NCBI GenBank assembly: GCA_959606495.1
Contig: CAUHJB010000004.1
Span: 12,813-76,812, forward strand
DNA: 64,000 nt
DNA from: an uncultured Collinsella sp.
GTDB taxonomy: Bacteria; Actinomycetota; Coriobacteriia; Coriobacteriales; Coriobacteriaceae
Direction: 5' to 3'
This document shows positions 8,291 to 19,700 of this stretch, one piece after another (the stretch's first letter is position 1; each line of letters begins with the position of its first letter). The notes under the pieces are model-generated. The model saw only the letters and a list, made by a program, of their open reading frames with translations, ran no database searches and was not told the origin of the DNA. The position numbers and the translations under genes were made by a program.

Positions 8291-9646
8291 ATGTCTGCTA
8301 TTGATATTGTGCTTGTTGTGATCGCCTTGGTGGCGGTGGGGGTTGCTGTGGCTTGTGCCCTTCAGCTCAAGAGCCTGCGTGCCGAGCTGCGGGAGCGTGG
8401 CGACAGTAGCGCGGAAACGCTGGCAGCGCTCGAGCAGGCCAACAGCACGCTCGACACCCTGAACGTCGCGTTGGCCGAAACCCGCCGCACGGCAAATGCC
8501 ATCGCGCAGCAGCAGACGACCGACGCCGCCGTAGAGCAGCAGCGCTACCTGACCATTGCGCGCGAGTTCTCGCAGGCCGGCGACCGTATGGATGACCTGC
8601 GCCGCGAGACGGCCCAACAGCTTGGCGCCAACCGCGAGGGCATAGAGCACCGCCTGGACAAGGTGCGCGAGACGGTCGATGCCCAGCTGGGTGCTATCCG
8701 CAAAGACAACAACGTGCAGCTCGATCAGATGCGCGCGACGGTGGACGAGAAGCTCTCTCGCACGCTCAACGACCGTCTGTCGGCATCGTTTAAGCAGGTG
8801 AGCGACCAGCTCGAGGCCGTATATAAGGGCCTGGGCGATATGCAATCTATCGCCACCGGCGTGGGCGACCTTAAACGCGTGCTGGGCAATGTCAAGGCGC
8901 GTGGCATTTTGGGCGAGGTGCAGCTGGGCGCGATCCTGGCGGACATCCTTACGCCCGACCAGTATCTGGAAAACGTCGCCACCAAGCCCGGCGCCTCGGA
9001 GCGCGTTGAGTTTGCCGTCAAGCTGCCGGTAGACGAGGGAGACCCCGTGCTGCTGCCAATCGACTCCAAATTCCCGGGCGATGCGTATGAGCATCTGCTC
9101 GACGCTCAGGAGTCGGGCGATGCGGAGACCGTGGCGGCTGCGCGCAAGACGCTCGACACCATGGTCAAGCGCGAGGCAAAGGACATCTGCGAAAAGTACC
9201 TGAGCGTGCCCGCGACCACCAACTTTGGCATTCTGTTCGTTCCGTTTGAGGGCCTGTACGCCGAGGTCGTCACGCGCCCTGGGCTTATCGAGACCCTGGG
9301 CCGCGACTATCACGTCAACGTTGCCGGCCCCAGCACCATGGCGGCCATCCTCAACAGCCTGCAGATGAGCTACCAGACGTTTAGGCTGCAAAAGCGCACC
9401 GACGACGTGCTACGCGTGCTTTCCGCCGTCAAGGCCGAACTACCGCGCTATCAGGCGGCGCTGCGCCGCGCCCAGCAGCAGATCGAGACCGCGGGCAAAA
9501 CGGTCGAGGGCATCATTACCACGCGCACCAACGTCATGGAGCGCAAACTCAAGGACATCGACGCGCTGGAAGACGCGCGGGAGGCCGACGCGATTTTGGG
9601 CTTGGAGTCCGCAGACCTGCCCGCAGACCAAAAAGACGAGGACTAG
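8291..9646 (+). CDS. rmuC: DNA recombination protein RmuC
   Basis: N-terminal TM, long coiled coil, and an RmuC nuclease-like C-terminus (FGILFVPFEGLYAEV, HVNVAGPSTMAAILNSL). Confidence 0.8.
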   Translation: MSAIDIVLVVIALVAVGVAVACALQLKSLRAELRERGDSSAETLAALEQANSTLDTLNVALAETRRTANAIAQQQTTDAAVEQQRYLTIAREFSQAGDRMDDLRRETAQQLGANREGIEHRLDKVRETVDAQLGAIRKDNNVQLDQMRATVDEKLSRTLNDRLSASFKQVSDQLEAVYKGLGDMQSIATGVGDLKRVLGNVKARGILGEVQLGAILADILTPDQYLENVATKPGASERVEFAVKLPVDEGDPVLLPIDSKFPGDAYEHLLDAQESGDAETVAAARKTLDTMVKREAKDICEKYLSVPATTNFGILFVPFEGLYAEVVTRPGLIETLGRDYHVNVAGPSTMAAILNSLQMSYQTFRLQKRTDDVLRVLSAVKAELPRYQAALRRAQQQIETAGKTVEGIITTRTNVMERKLKDIDALEDAREADAILGLESADLPADQKDED

Positions 9647-9769
9647 CTGCATCTGACGGCGGGGCGCCGGCGCAAGCACGGCGCGGGCGCTTTTCGCATC
9701 GCGCTTGTCTGAAGTGCGCTTCAATGTGCAACAATGGCGTTTCGCCCTATCAGATGCGAAAGGAAGCCC

Positions 9770-11572
<1,803 letters not shown>

Positions 11573-11635
11573 GCGTCTCGGACGTGGGACAATTGTGCCC
11601 ATAAGTTTATTGTGCCGTTGAGCTGAGGAGTCGTT

Positions 11636-12301
11636 ATGCCACGCGAGACCAATGCCGCCAAGCGCGAGCGCGCCATCGAGGTGTGCGAGCGCCTCAACCG
11701 TCGCTATGGCCCGGTCGAGTGCTTTTTGGACCACGAGAATCCCTTCCGCCTGCTGATCGCGGTGCTACTCTCGGCGCAAACGACCGACGCGCAGGTCAAC
11801 AAGGTGACGCCGCGGCTGTTTGCCCAGTGGCCCACGCCCGAGGCCATGGCCGGGGCGAGCGTGGCTGACGTGGCAGACACCATCAAGTCACTCGGCTTCT
11901 ACAAGAGCAAAGCCAAGCATGCCGTCGAGGCCGCGCAGATGATCGTCGCCGACTATGGCGGCGAGGTACCGGCCGACATGAAGGAGCTTGTAAAGCTGCC
12001 GGGCGTGGGACGCAAGACGGCGAACATCGTGCTCAACGTGGGGTATGGCATCGTGGAGGGCATTGCGGTGGACACGCACGTCAACCGCATTGCGCACCGC
12101 CTGATGTTGAGTCCCAAGACGCATGCCAAGGAACCGCTCAAGACCGAGCAGGATCTGCTCAAGATTTTGCCGCACGAGTATTGGGAGTCGGTCAACCATC
12201 AGTGGATCACCTTTGGTCGCGAGATCTGCGACGCCCGCAAACCCAAGTGTGACGAGTGTCCGCTGGCAGATTTGTGCCCCAGCGTGCGCGTGGCGGGGTA
12301 G
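11636..12301 (+). CDS. nth: Endonuclease III
   Basis: LSAQTTDAQVN, HhH LPGVGRKTANIV, VDTHVNRI, and Fe-S motif CDARKPKCDECPLADLC. Confidence 0.92.
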   Translation: MPRETNAAKRERAIEVCERLNRRYGPVECFLDHENPFRLLIAVLLSAQTTDAQVNKVTPRLFAQWPTPEAMAGASVADVADTIKSLGFYKSKAKHAVEAAQMIVADYGGEVPADMKELVKLPGVGRKTANIVLNVGYGIVEGIAVDTHVNRIAHRLMLSPKTHAKEPLKTEQDLLKILPHEYWESVNHQWITFGREICDARKPKCDECPLADLCPSVRVAG

Positions 12302-12458
12302 GGCGGAACGCATCTTCGTCTGGCGTTTTTTGCGGGGCTGGGTTTGCCCTTGAGCCGGAGTCCTCTCCATGCGCTACCATGACAGACAATGTATTTGACG
12401 TACGACCCGCCGAGCTTGCCCCGGCGGGCTTTTGGCGTTGCGATGCCGGAGGAACAGC

Positions 12459-15400
12459 ATGCTCATTCACCGTATAGCCGCGCAGCTCTACACTGCCGAG
12501 GCGCTGCAGACCGTCGAGGCCGGGCTCGATTCTGGCGAGGACGTGACGCTGGCCGTGTCTCAGTCGGGTCGCACGCTTATGGCGGCCGCCCAGTTTGCGC
12601 GTCGTCCGCGCCCCACGGTCTACATCGTGAGTGGCGAGGATGCGGCCGATCGCGCCGCACGCAGTCTAGCCGCCTACGTGGGCCTGGCGCATGTGTGCCG
12701 TTTTCCCGAGCGCAAGGACTACCCCTGGCGCGAGCAGGCGCCCGACGACGCCGTGGTGGCGCAGCGCTGCGAGGCCCTGGGACGCATCGTGCGCGGGGAC
12801 AACTGCATCATGGTCGCCTCGGCCCGCGCACTGCTGCGCTGCGTGCCGCCGGTCGAGAGCCGCTACTGGGAGTCCACTACTTTTGCGGTGGGCGAGGAGA
12901 TTCCCTTTGACGAGGTGCCGCAGCGTCTGGTAGGCATGGGCTATACCAATGCCGGCGCCGTCGACGCGCCCGGCCTGTTCCGTGTGCACGGCGACACCGT
13001 CGAGGTGTTTCCCGCGCAGGAGAAGGCGCCCGTGCGCATTGAGTTTTTCGGCGACGAGATTGACCGCATCCGCCGCATGGTGAGCTCCACGGGCCAGACC
13101 ATCGGCAACGAGGACAGCATCGAGATCTTCCCCTGTCGCGAGCTCGCACTCACCGACGACGCCGTCCACAACATGCATGTGGCGCTCTACCGCGCCAGCC
13201 AGGACGACAGCAAGTTGGCGGCGCTGCTCGAGATGGTGGATGCGCGCATCGTCACGCCTGAGCTCGACCGCTTTTTGCCGGTGATGTACGGCCAAACCGT
13301 GAGCCCGCTGTCGCATGTGAGCGGCAAGGCGCTCGTGGTGCTGTCCGAGCCGCGCTCGCTGTTCGACGATTGCCTGCGCGCCTACGAGGATATCGAGGCG
13401 CGTGCCGGCGAGGCGGGGGTCGACCGTCTGGACGGCCTGTACGTGCGTGCCCAGCAACTCGACTTTGGTTCCCAGCAACGCCTGAACTACGTGAGCCTCA
13501 TCCGTGCCGGCGGTGCGGTGACGGCCGAGCTCAAGATTGAGCAGCCTGCCATCGCAGGCTCGGACAACCGTTTTATGACGCGCGTCCAGGAGGTCGTGGG
13601 CAAGCGCTATGCCTGCGTGTTTGCCATCCCCGACCGCGGTGCGCGCGAGTCGATGGAGCTCACCTTTGGCGACGAGGGCATTACCTTTGAGGAATCGCTG
13701 ACCGCGGCGCCCGAAAATGCCGGCGCTATCGGCGACCGCGTGCGCGTGGCAGCGGCGGATTCCGCCGACCGTGCCGCACGCCAGGAGGCCCATGCTTCCA
13801 TTCGCGAGCGTAAGGCCGACGCGCTCAACGCCCGCTCGCTCGAGGCGGGCGCCGCGCAGGCTGCCGCCGGCGCCGCCGTGCCCACCATCTCGCGCGGGCG
13901 CGTGACCTTTGTGGACGCTGCCCTGCCGCAGGGCGTGGTGGTGCCCGACGCCAATTTGGCTGTGTTCTCGATCGCCGACCTCAACGCTCGCATGGATGCC
14001 AACCGCGCGCGCAGCCGCCGCAAGGTTGACATTACGCAGATCACGTTCCCGTTTAAGCCGGGCGACTACGTCGTTCATGCCACCCACGGCATCGCGCTCT
14101 TTAGCGAGATTGCGCGCCAGGAAGTGGGCGGCAAGGAACGCGACTACTTTTTGCTGGAATATGCCGACGGCGACAAGCTCTACGTGCCGTTGGAGCAGGT
14201 CGACCGCATCACGCGCTATGTTGGCCCCGACGGCGACAAGCCGCGCCTGACCAGGCTCAACACCGCCGACTGGACGCGCGCAACCAACAAGGCGCGCAAG
14301 AACGCCAAAAAGCTGGCGTTTGACCTGGTCGATCTGTATACGCGCCGCTCTTCGATTACCGGTATCGCCTGCCCACCCGACACGCCCGAGCAGATTGAGA
14401 TGGAGCAGAGCTTTCCTTACGACGAGACGCGCGACCAGCTGGAGGCCATCGCCGACATTAAGGCCGACATGGAGGCACCCAAGCCCATGGACCGCCTGCT
14501 GTGCGGCGACGTGGGTTTCGGCAAGACCGAGGTCGCCCTGCGCGCGGCGTTTAAGTGCGTGGACTCCGGCCGCCAGGTCATGGTGCTCTGCCCCACGACC
14601 ATTCTGGCCCAACAGCACTACGAGACATTCTTTGAGCGTTTTGCCCCGTTTGGCCTGGAGGTCGAGGTGCTCAGCCGCTTTCGCACCCCGGCGCAGCAAA
14701 AGCGCGCACTCAAGGCGTTTGCCGAGGGCACGATCGATGTGCTGATCGGCACACACCGTCTGCTTTCGGCCGACGTGAACCCCAAGAACCTGGGCCTGGT
14801 GATCATCGACGAGGAGCAGCGCTTTGGCGTGCAACATAAGGAACAGCTCAAGAACCTGCGCGAGCAGATCGACGTGCTCACGCTTTCGGCAACGCCTATT
14901 CCGCGAACCATGCAGATGGCCACGAGCGGCGTGCGCGATATGAGCCTGATCACCACGCCGCCGACCGGGCGCCGTCCCGTGATCGTGCACGTGGGGGAAT
15001 ACGACCCCGACGTGGTGAGCGCGGCGATTCGCCTGGAGGTGGGCCGCGGCGGCCAGGTGTACTACGTGTCCAACCGCGTCAAGACCATCGACGATGCCGT
15101 GGCGCGCGTGCGCGAGGCCGCGCCCGAGGCGCGCGTGGGTGTGGCACACGGCAAGATGAGCCCGCGCGAGGTCGAGGACGTGATGATCGAGTTCGCGACC
15201 AAAAAGATCGACGTGCTCATCGCCACGACCATCGTGGAGAGCGGCATCGACAACGCAACGGCCAACACGCTCATCATCGAGGACTCGCAGCGTCTGGGTC
15301 TGGCACAGCTCTACCAGCTCAAGGGCCGTGTGGGCCGCTCGGCCACGCAGGCCTACGCGTACTTTATGTTCCCGGGCGAGCTGCCGCTCACCGAGGAGGC

Positions 15401-16091
15401 CACGGCGCGCCTGACCGCACTTTCCGAGTTCCAAGACCTGGGCAGCGGCATGCGCATCGCCATGCGCGACCTGGAGATCCGCGGCGCCGGTTCGCTTATG
15501 GGCGCCGAACAGCACGGTAACCTGTCGAGTGTGGGCTTCGACCTGTTTACGCAGATGCTGGGCCAGGCCGTGGCCGAGGCGCGCGGCGATGGCGATGCCG
15601 GCGTGGAGGCGGCGAGCGTGGGCATCAACCTGCCGGCCGACTACTTCTTGTCCGAGGAGTACATGCCGGCGGTGGACCAGCGCGTGCTCGTGTACCGCAA
15701 ACTCGCGGCGGCTGAGGACCTGGAGAGTGTCGACGAGGTGCAGGAGGAGACCGAGGCCGCGCATGGTGAGCTGCCGTTGGCGGGACTCAACCTGTTCAAC
15801 CGCGCGCGCATCCGCATTCGCGGCGAGCGCCTGGGGCTCGAGAGCGTCACGCTCAGCGGTGGGCGCATTACCTTCCTGGGGGTTGACGTTCCCAAGAAGG
15901 TAGCCTTTGAGTTCAAGAATCGCTATGGCGCGGTGAACTTCCCCAAGAGCCGCAAGCTGTCGGTGCCCTACAAGGCGGGCGCCGGTGCGGGCAGCGGCCT
16001 GGGCCGCGGTTTCGACGCCAACGACGGCACCGGCCCCGTGGCAGCCGCCCTCATGCTGCTGCAGCAATTGGGTGCAAGCGACGACGACTGA
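12459..16091 (+). CDS. mfd: Transcription-repair coupling factor
   Basis: About 1210 aa. CarD-like segment, helicase motifs GDVGFGKTEVALRA and DEEQRFGV, TRCF C-terminus. GGAGGA SD before the ATG at 12459. Confidence 0.93.
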   Translation: MLIHRIAAQLYTAEALQTVEAGLDSGEDVTLAVSQSGRTLMAAAQFARRPRPTVYIVSGEDAADRAARSLAAYVGLAHVCRFPERKDYPWREQAPDDAVVAQRCEALGRIVRGDNCIMVASARALLRCVPPVESRYWESTTFAVGEEIPFDEVPQRLVGMGYTNAGAVDAPGLFRVHGDTVEVFPAQEKAPVRIEFFGDEIDRIRRMVSSTGQTIGNEDSIEIFPCRELALTDDAVHNMHVALYRASQDDSKLAALLEMVDARIVTPELDRFLPVMYGQTVSPLSHVSGKALVVLSEPRSLFDDCLRAYEDIEARAGEAGVDRLDGLYVRAQQLDFGSQQRLNYVSLIRAGGAVTAELKIEQPAIAGSDNRFMTRVQEVVGKRYACVFAIPDRGARESMELTFGDEGITFEESLTAAPENAGAIGDRVRVAAADSADRAARQEAHASIRERKADALNARSLEAGAAQAAAGAAVPTISRGRVTFVDAALPQGVVVPDANLAVFSIADLNARMDANRARSRRKVDITQITFPFKPGDYVVHATHGIALFSEIARQEVGGKERDYFLLEYADGDKLYVPLEQVDRITRYVGPDGDKPRLTRLNTADWTRATNKARKNAKKLAFDLVDLYTRRSSITGIACPPDTPEQIEMEQSFPYDETRDQLEAIADIKADMEAPKPMDRLLCGDVGFGKTEVALRAAFKCVDSGRQVMVLCPTTILAQQHYETFFERFAPFGLEVEVLSRFRTPAQQKRALKAFAEGTIDVLIGTHRLLSADVNPKNLGLVIIDEEQRFGVQHKEQLKNLREQIDVLTLSATPIPRTMQMATSGVRDMSLITTPPTGRRPVIVHVGEYDPDVVSAAIRLEVGRGGQVYYVSNRVKTIDDAVARVREAAPEARVGVAHGKMSPREVEDVMIEFATKKIDVLIATTIVESGIDNATANTLIIEDSQRLGLAQLYQLKGRVGRSATQAYAYFMFPGELPLTEEATARLTALSEFQDLGSGMRIAMRDLEIRGAGSLMGAEQHGNLSSVGFDLFTQMLGQAVAEARGDGDAGVEAASVGINLPADYFLSEEYMPAVDQRVLVYRKLAAAEDLESVDEVQEETEAAHGELPLAGLNLFNRARIRIRGERLGLESVTLSGGRITFLGVDVPKKVAFEFKNRYGAVNFPKSRKLSVPYKAGAGAGSGLGRGFDANDGTGPVAAALMLLQQLGASDDD

Positions 16092-16147
16092 TGGGTCGAC
16101 GCTGCAAACGCTCCATTTGGGCAATCTGATCCCATCGAAAGGAAAGC

Positions 16148-17011
16148 ATGTTCGGGTACATCTATAAGAAAGATGCCGCTGCTATCGCGGTCATCTTGGC
16201 CTTTTGTCTGCTCGTCGGGTCTTTTTTCGATTACCAGATCTCGAGTGCGCTGTTTAACTCGTCTAGCCTGTTTGGCCGCTTTGTCGAGGCGGCCGGCGAG
16301 CTGCCGTTCGAGCTGACGGCGAGCGTCGCGGGCATTATGCTCGTGCGCTCGGCACGTCCCGATTCCAAGGCGAGCAAGTGGCTCGCCGCGCTGGGCGTTT
16401 TGATCAACGTGGGCCTGGTCGGCTACGAGATTATCGGATCGCTGCGCGTCGGCGGCAAGCTCATCGCGTTTCAGCTGGTACTGACGTTTACGCTGGTCAT
16501 TGCGGTTAACATTATTGCCTATCGCCTTACGCACGACACCGACCCCGACGAGCTCACGCGCTGGGCGTTGATGGTGCTTGCCGTGTGGGTCGCTCAGGCC
16601 ATCATCCTCAACGTGATCGTCAAGCCGCTGTGGTCGCGCCCGCGCATGCGCGTGATCGAGGTCACGCCGGGGCTCAATTTTCAGCCGTGGTGGGTGATCG
16701 GCAACCCCGACAAGTGGAGCTATATTGCGGCCGGCGTAATCAAGGACGGCTTTAAGTCGTTCGCGAGCGGACACACGGCGCATGCGGCGATCGGCCTTAT
16801 GCTCGCCGGGCTTCCCGCGGCGGCCTTTACGGAAAAGCCTTCGCGTCGCCGCGTGGTCTTTTGGGTCGCGGCCGTGGTCGCGGCGCTCGTCGCCTTTGGC
16901 CGTATCGTGATCGGTGCACACTTTTTGACTGACGTGAGCTGCGGCTTTGCCCTGGTGCTGGCGCTTGAGTGTCTTGCCGCGCGCGTTGCCTATCCGCACG
17001 GCGTACAATAG
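16148..17011 (+). CDS. PAP2-family membrane phosphatase
   Basis: KPLWSRPRMR, SGHTAHA, and GRIVIGAHFLTDV acid-phosphatase motifs; multiple TM segments. Confidence 0.8.
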   Translation: MFGYIYKKDAAAIAVILAFCLLVGSFFDYQISSALFNSSSLFGRFVEAAGELPFELTASVAGIMLVRSARPDSKASKWLAALGVLINVGLVGYEIIGSLRVGGKLIAFQLVLTFTLVIAVNIIAYRLTHDTDPDELTRWALMVLAVWVAQAIILNVIVKPLWSRPRMRVIEVTPGLNFQPWWVIGNPDKWSYIAAGVIKDGFKSFASGHTAHAAIGLMLAGLPAAAFTEKPSRRRVVFWVAAVVAALVAFGRIVIGAHFLTDVSCGFALVLALECLAARVAYPHGVQ

Positions 17012-17056
17012 CCCCACCTGAATCATCTGGTCGATACCTGGTAAGAGAGGATTGCC

Positions 17057-18082
17057 ATGCTCGCGTTTAACAACGACTATTCCCACGGCGCACACCCGGC
17101 GGTGCTGCAGGCGCTCGTCGACACCAATATGGAGCCGCAGCCCGGCTATGGTACCGATGCGTATACCGAGCGCGCCAAGCAGCTTATCCGCGAGGCCTGT
17201 CAGGCTCCCGATGCCGACGTATTTTTGCTGGTGGGCGGCACGCAGACCAACGCGACGGTGATTGACATGCTGCTCGCGCCGTACGAGGGCGTGGTTGCCG
17301 CCGAGACCGGCCACGTTGCCTGTCACGAGGCGGGCGCCATCGAGTTTGGCGGCCACAAGGTGCTCACCATCCCCGGCTACGAGGGCAAGATGCACGCTGA
17401 GGATCTCGAAAACTATATCCAGGTGTTCTACGAAAACGAGAGCTGCGAGCACATGGTGTTCCCGGGCGCCGTGTACGTGAGCCTGTCGACCGAGTACGGC
17501 ACGCTGTACTCCAAGGCCGAGCTGGCCGAGATTTATGCGGTGTGCCAGAAGCGCGAGATTCCGCTGTTTGTGGATGGCGCCCGCCTGGCCTATGCGCTGG
17601 CAGCCGATGAGTGCGACATTACCTTGCCCGAGTTGGCACAGCTGTGCGACGTGTTCTACATCGGCGGCACCAAGTGCGGTGCCCTGTGCGGCGAGGCCGT
17701 GGTGTTTTGCGGCATGCACGCTCCAGCGCATCCCATTCCGCGCATTAAGCAGCACGGCGCGCTGCTGGCCAAGGGTCGCCTGACGGGCGTCCAGTTTGAG
17801 GCGCTCTTTACCGACGGCCTGTATTTTGAGATTGGTCGCCAGGCGATTGAGACCGCTCAGGCGCTGCGTCGCGTGCTGCATGAGCGCGGTTACCAGTTCT
17901 TCTTGGAGACGCCGACGAATCAGCAGTTTGTGATTCTGCCCAACGAGGACATGGCGCGCATTCGCGAGCATGCCTCGATTGAGTACTGGGAAAAGTACGA
18001 CGAGACCCATACGGTGGTGCGCTTTTGCACCAGCTGGGCCACGGCGCAGGAGGACATCGACGCGTTGGCGGCTGTCCTGTAG
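17057..18082 (+). CDS. Threonine aldolase / beta-eliminating lyase family PLP enzyme
   Basis: FNNDYSHGAHPAVLQAL N-terminus and GGTKCGA lysine motif; 341 aa. Confidence 0.75.
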   Translation: MLAFNNDYSHGAHPAVLQALVDTNMEPQPGYGTDAYTERAKQLIREACQAPDADVFLLVGGTQTNATVIDMLLAPYEGVVAAETGHVACHEAGAIEFGGHKVLTIPGYEGKMHAEDLENYIQVFYENESCEHMVFPGAVYVSLSTEYGTLYSKAELAEIYAVCQKREIPLFVDGARLAYALAADECDITLPELAQLCDVFYIGGTKCGALCGEAVVFCGMHAPAHPIPRIKQHGALLAKGRLTGVQFEALFTDGLYFEIGRQAIETAQALRRVLHERGYQFFLETPTNQQFVILPNEDMARIREHASIEYWEKYDETHTVVRFCTSWATAQEDIDALAAVL

Positions 18083-18100
18083 GTTGATGTGATGACGAGG

Positions 18101-18145
18101 GGCCGCCCTGCGCCTGGGTTTGGCGCAGGGCGGCCTTTGCTTTTG
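18101..18145 (+). terminator. Terminator hairpin
   Basis: GGCCGCCCTGCGCC...GGCGCAGGGCGGCC followed by TTTGCTTTT. Confidence 0.65.
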
Positions 18146-18160
18146 AGGGGGAGGGGCTGT

Positions 18161-18751
18161 ATGCCCGAGATGTCCGAGCCGACGATTCGCCTGGCGACGC
18201 CCGATGATGCGCCGGCGTTGCTTGCCATCTATGAGCCGTATGTGCGCCAGACGGCGATTACCTGCGAATACGAGGTGCCGAGCGTTGAGGAGTTCGCCGG
18301 GCGTATTGAGCGTACGCTCAAGCGCTATCCGTATCTGGTGATGGAGTTGGACGGGCGCCCGGTAGGCTATGCCTATGTGAGTCCGCTCAACAGCCGCGAG
18401 GCATACGACTGGTCGGTCGAGACATCGATCTACCTGGCACGCGATGTGCGCCATGGCGGACTGGGTCGCAAGTTGCATGATGCGCTCAAGCAGTGCCTGA
18501 TCGCGATGGGCATCACCAACATGTGCGCGCTCATTGCCGTGCCGCACGACAAGGACGACGAGTACCTGACGCACAACAGCCAGGATTTCCATGCCCATAT
18601 GGGGTATCGCCTGGTGGGCGCCTTCGACCGCTGCGCCCAAAAGTTCGGTCGCTGGTACGACATGTGCTGGATGGAGCTGGTTCTAGCCGAGCGCGTCCCC
18701 AACCAGCCCAAACCAACCTGGTTTCCCGACCTCCCCAAACCTACCATTTAG
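18161..18751 (+). CDS. GNAT N-acetyltransferase (phosphinothricin acetyltransferase-like)
   Basis: IRLATPDDAPALLAIYEPYV and RHGGLGRKL acetyl-CoA motif. GGGGGAGGGG SD before the ATG at 18161. Confidence 0.8.
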   Translation: MPEMSEPTIRLATPDDAPALLAIYEPYVRQTAITCEYEVPSVEEFAGRIERTLKRYPYLVMELDGRPVGYAYVSPLNSREAYDWSVETSIYLARDVRHGGLGRKLHDALKQCLIAMGITNMCALIAVPHDKDDEYLTHNSQDFHAHMGYRLVGAFDRCAQKFGRWYDMCWMELVLAERVPNQPKPTWFPDLPKPTI

Positions 18752-18774
18752 GGACAGGTTTATTTTGGCAGGTT
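18738..18774 (+). repeat. Family B repeat, copy B1
   Basis: AACCTACCATTTAGGGACAGGTTTATTTTGGCAGGTT. Contains the TAG stop of the GNAT gene and the TTA (reverse TAA) stop of the convergent GntR gene. Confidence 0.8.
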
Positions 18775-19495
18775 AGCCGATGGGCTCGGTATATTTGGCG
18801 CGGTCGGTGCGTTGGATGCGCTTGGAGACATGGAGTGGGCGGCCGTCGGTGTCGTAGACGTAGTCGGTGATTAGGATTAGCGCCTGCCCGCGCTCGACGT
18901 TGAGCAAAAACGCCTCGTTTTGCGAGGCATAGCACACCTCAAAGGTCTTGTGCCCCTGTGCCGGCGCGCGATGGAATTCTTGACGCAGCGTCGCGTAGAG
19001 CGATCCGTTGAGGTCGCGATCGATGAGCGACCCAAAGCTTGGCGGCAGATACGTGGTCTCCAAGCACAGCGGGGCGTCGTCCAGATAACGTAGGCGGACA
19101 AGTTTGACGAGCTTGCTGCCCACGGCGGCGTCAAAGAACTTAGCTATGCTGCCGGCCGCCTTGGCAAAGCCCGAGTCCACGGTGCGCGTGGTGGGCTTCA
19201 TGCCCTGACCCTGGACCTGTGCCGTATAGCTCGAAAACACCAGGTTGTTCTCGTGGAGCGCGGGCGTGTCGGCCACAAAGGTGCCACGTCCGCGCTCGGT
19301 GCGCACCAGGCCCTCGTCAACTAACACCTTAAGCGCGTGGCGCACGGTGCTGCGCGACAGCCCCGATTCGTCCATGAGCTCCATCTCGGACGGCAGCTTG
19401 TCTCCGCGTGCGTAGGTGCCGGCGGCGATGCGGTCACGCAGCGTACTCGCCAGACGCTCGTATTGGGCCAAGTTCTTTTTTGACGAAGTGCTCAT
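18773..19495 (-). CDS. GntR family regulator, HutC/UTRA subfamily (paralog 1)
   Basis: N-terminal wHTH LPSEMELMDESGLSRSTVRHALKVLVDEGLV; UTRA-like C-terminus. Confidence 0.88.
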   Translation of the reverse strand: MSTSSKKNLAQYERLASTLRDRIAAGTYARGDKLPSEMELMDESGLSRSTVRHALKVLVDEGLVRTERGRGTFVADTPALHENNLVFSSYTAQVQGQGMKPTTRTVDSGFAKAAGSIAKFFDAAVGSKLVKLVRLRYLDDAPLCLETTYLPPSFGSLIDRDLNGSLYATLRQEFHRAPAQGHKTFEVCYASQNEAFLLNVERGQALILITDYVYDTDGRPLHVSKRIQRTDRAKYTEPIG

Positions 19496-19700
19496 GCGAA
19501 CAACCTGTATCTAACTTGTATGCTTACTGAACCAAGCATGTATCCAGCATGACAACAAAACCGCTGGTAATGGATTGTCGAAAACTTTACCAGCAAAATT
19601 TCTAAGACAAATATAGCATACAACTAGTCGACATAACCAAAACGTGTATGTAACTTGTATGCCATCGAGAGCATCAAACGAGAAGAAAGGCTGATGCACG

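Noticed and set aside
12666-16124. 1152-aa ORF antisense to mfd. Similar long antisense or out-of-frame ORFs: 386-1111, 4541-5788, 5785-6747, 8141-9391, 10052-11104, 15968-18640, 19674-20648, 21098-22123, 23144-24058, 23907-24998, 24958-25962, 26863-28044, 29590-31191, 31716-32870, 33493-34491, 34478-35611, 35923-36828, 38587-40449, 47714-49936, 50011-50952, 51884-53476, 54977-57586, 58105-58938.
   Set aside because: These are shadow ORFs expected in high-GC DNA. The translations are Arg/Ala/Gly/His-rich with no motifs. In each case the opposite or other frame encodes a protein with clear family signatures.
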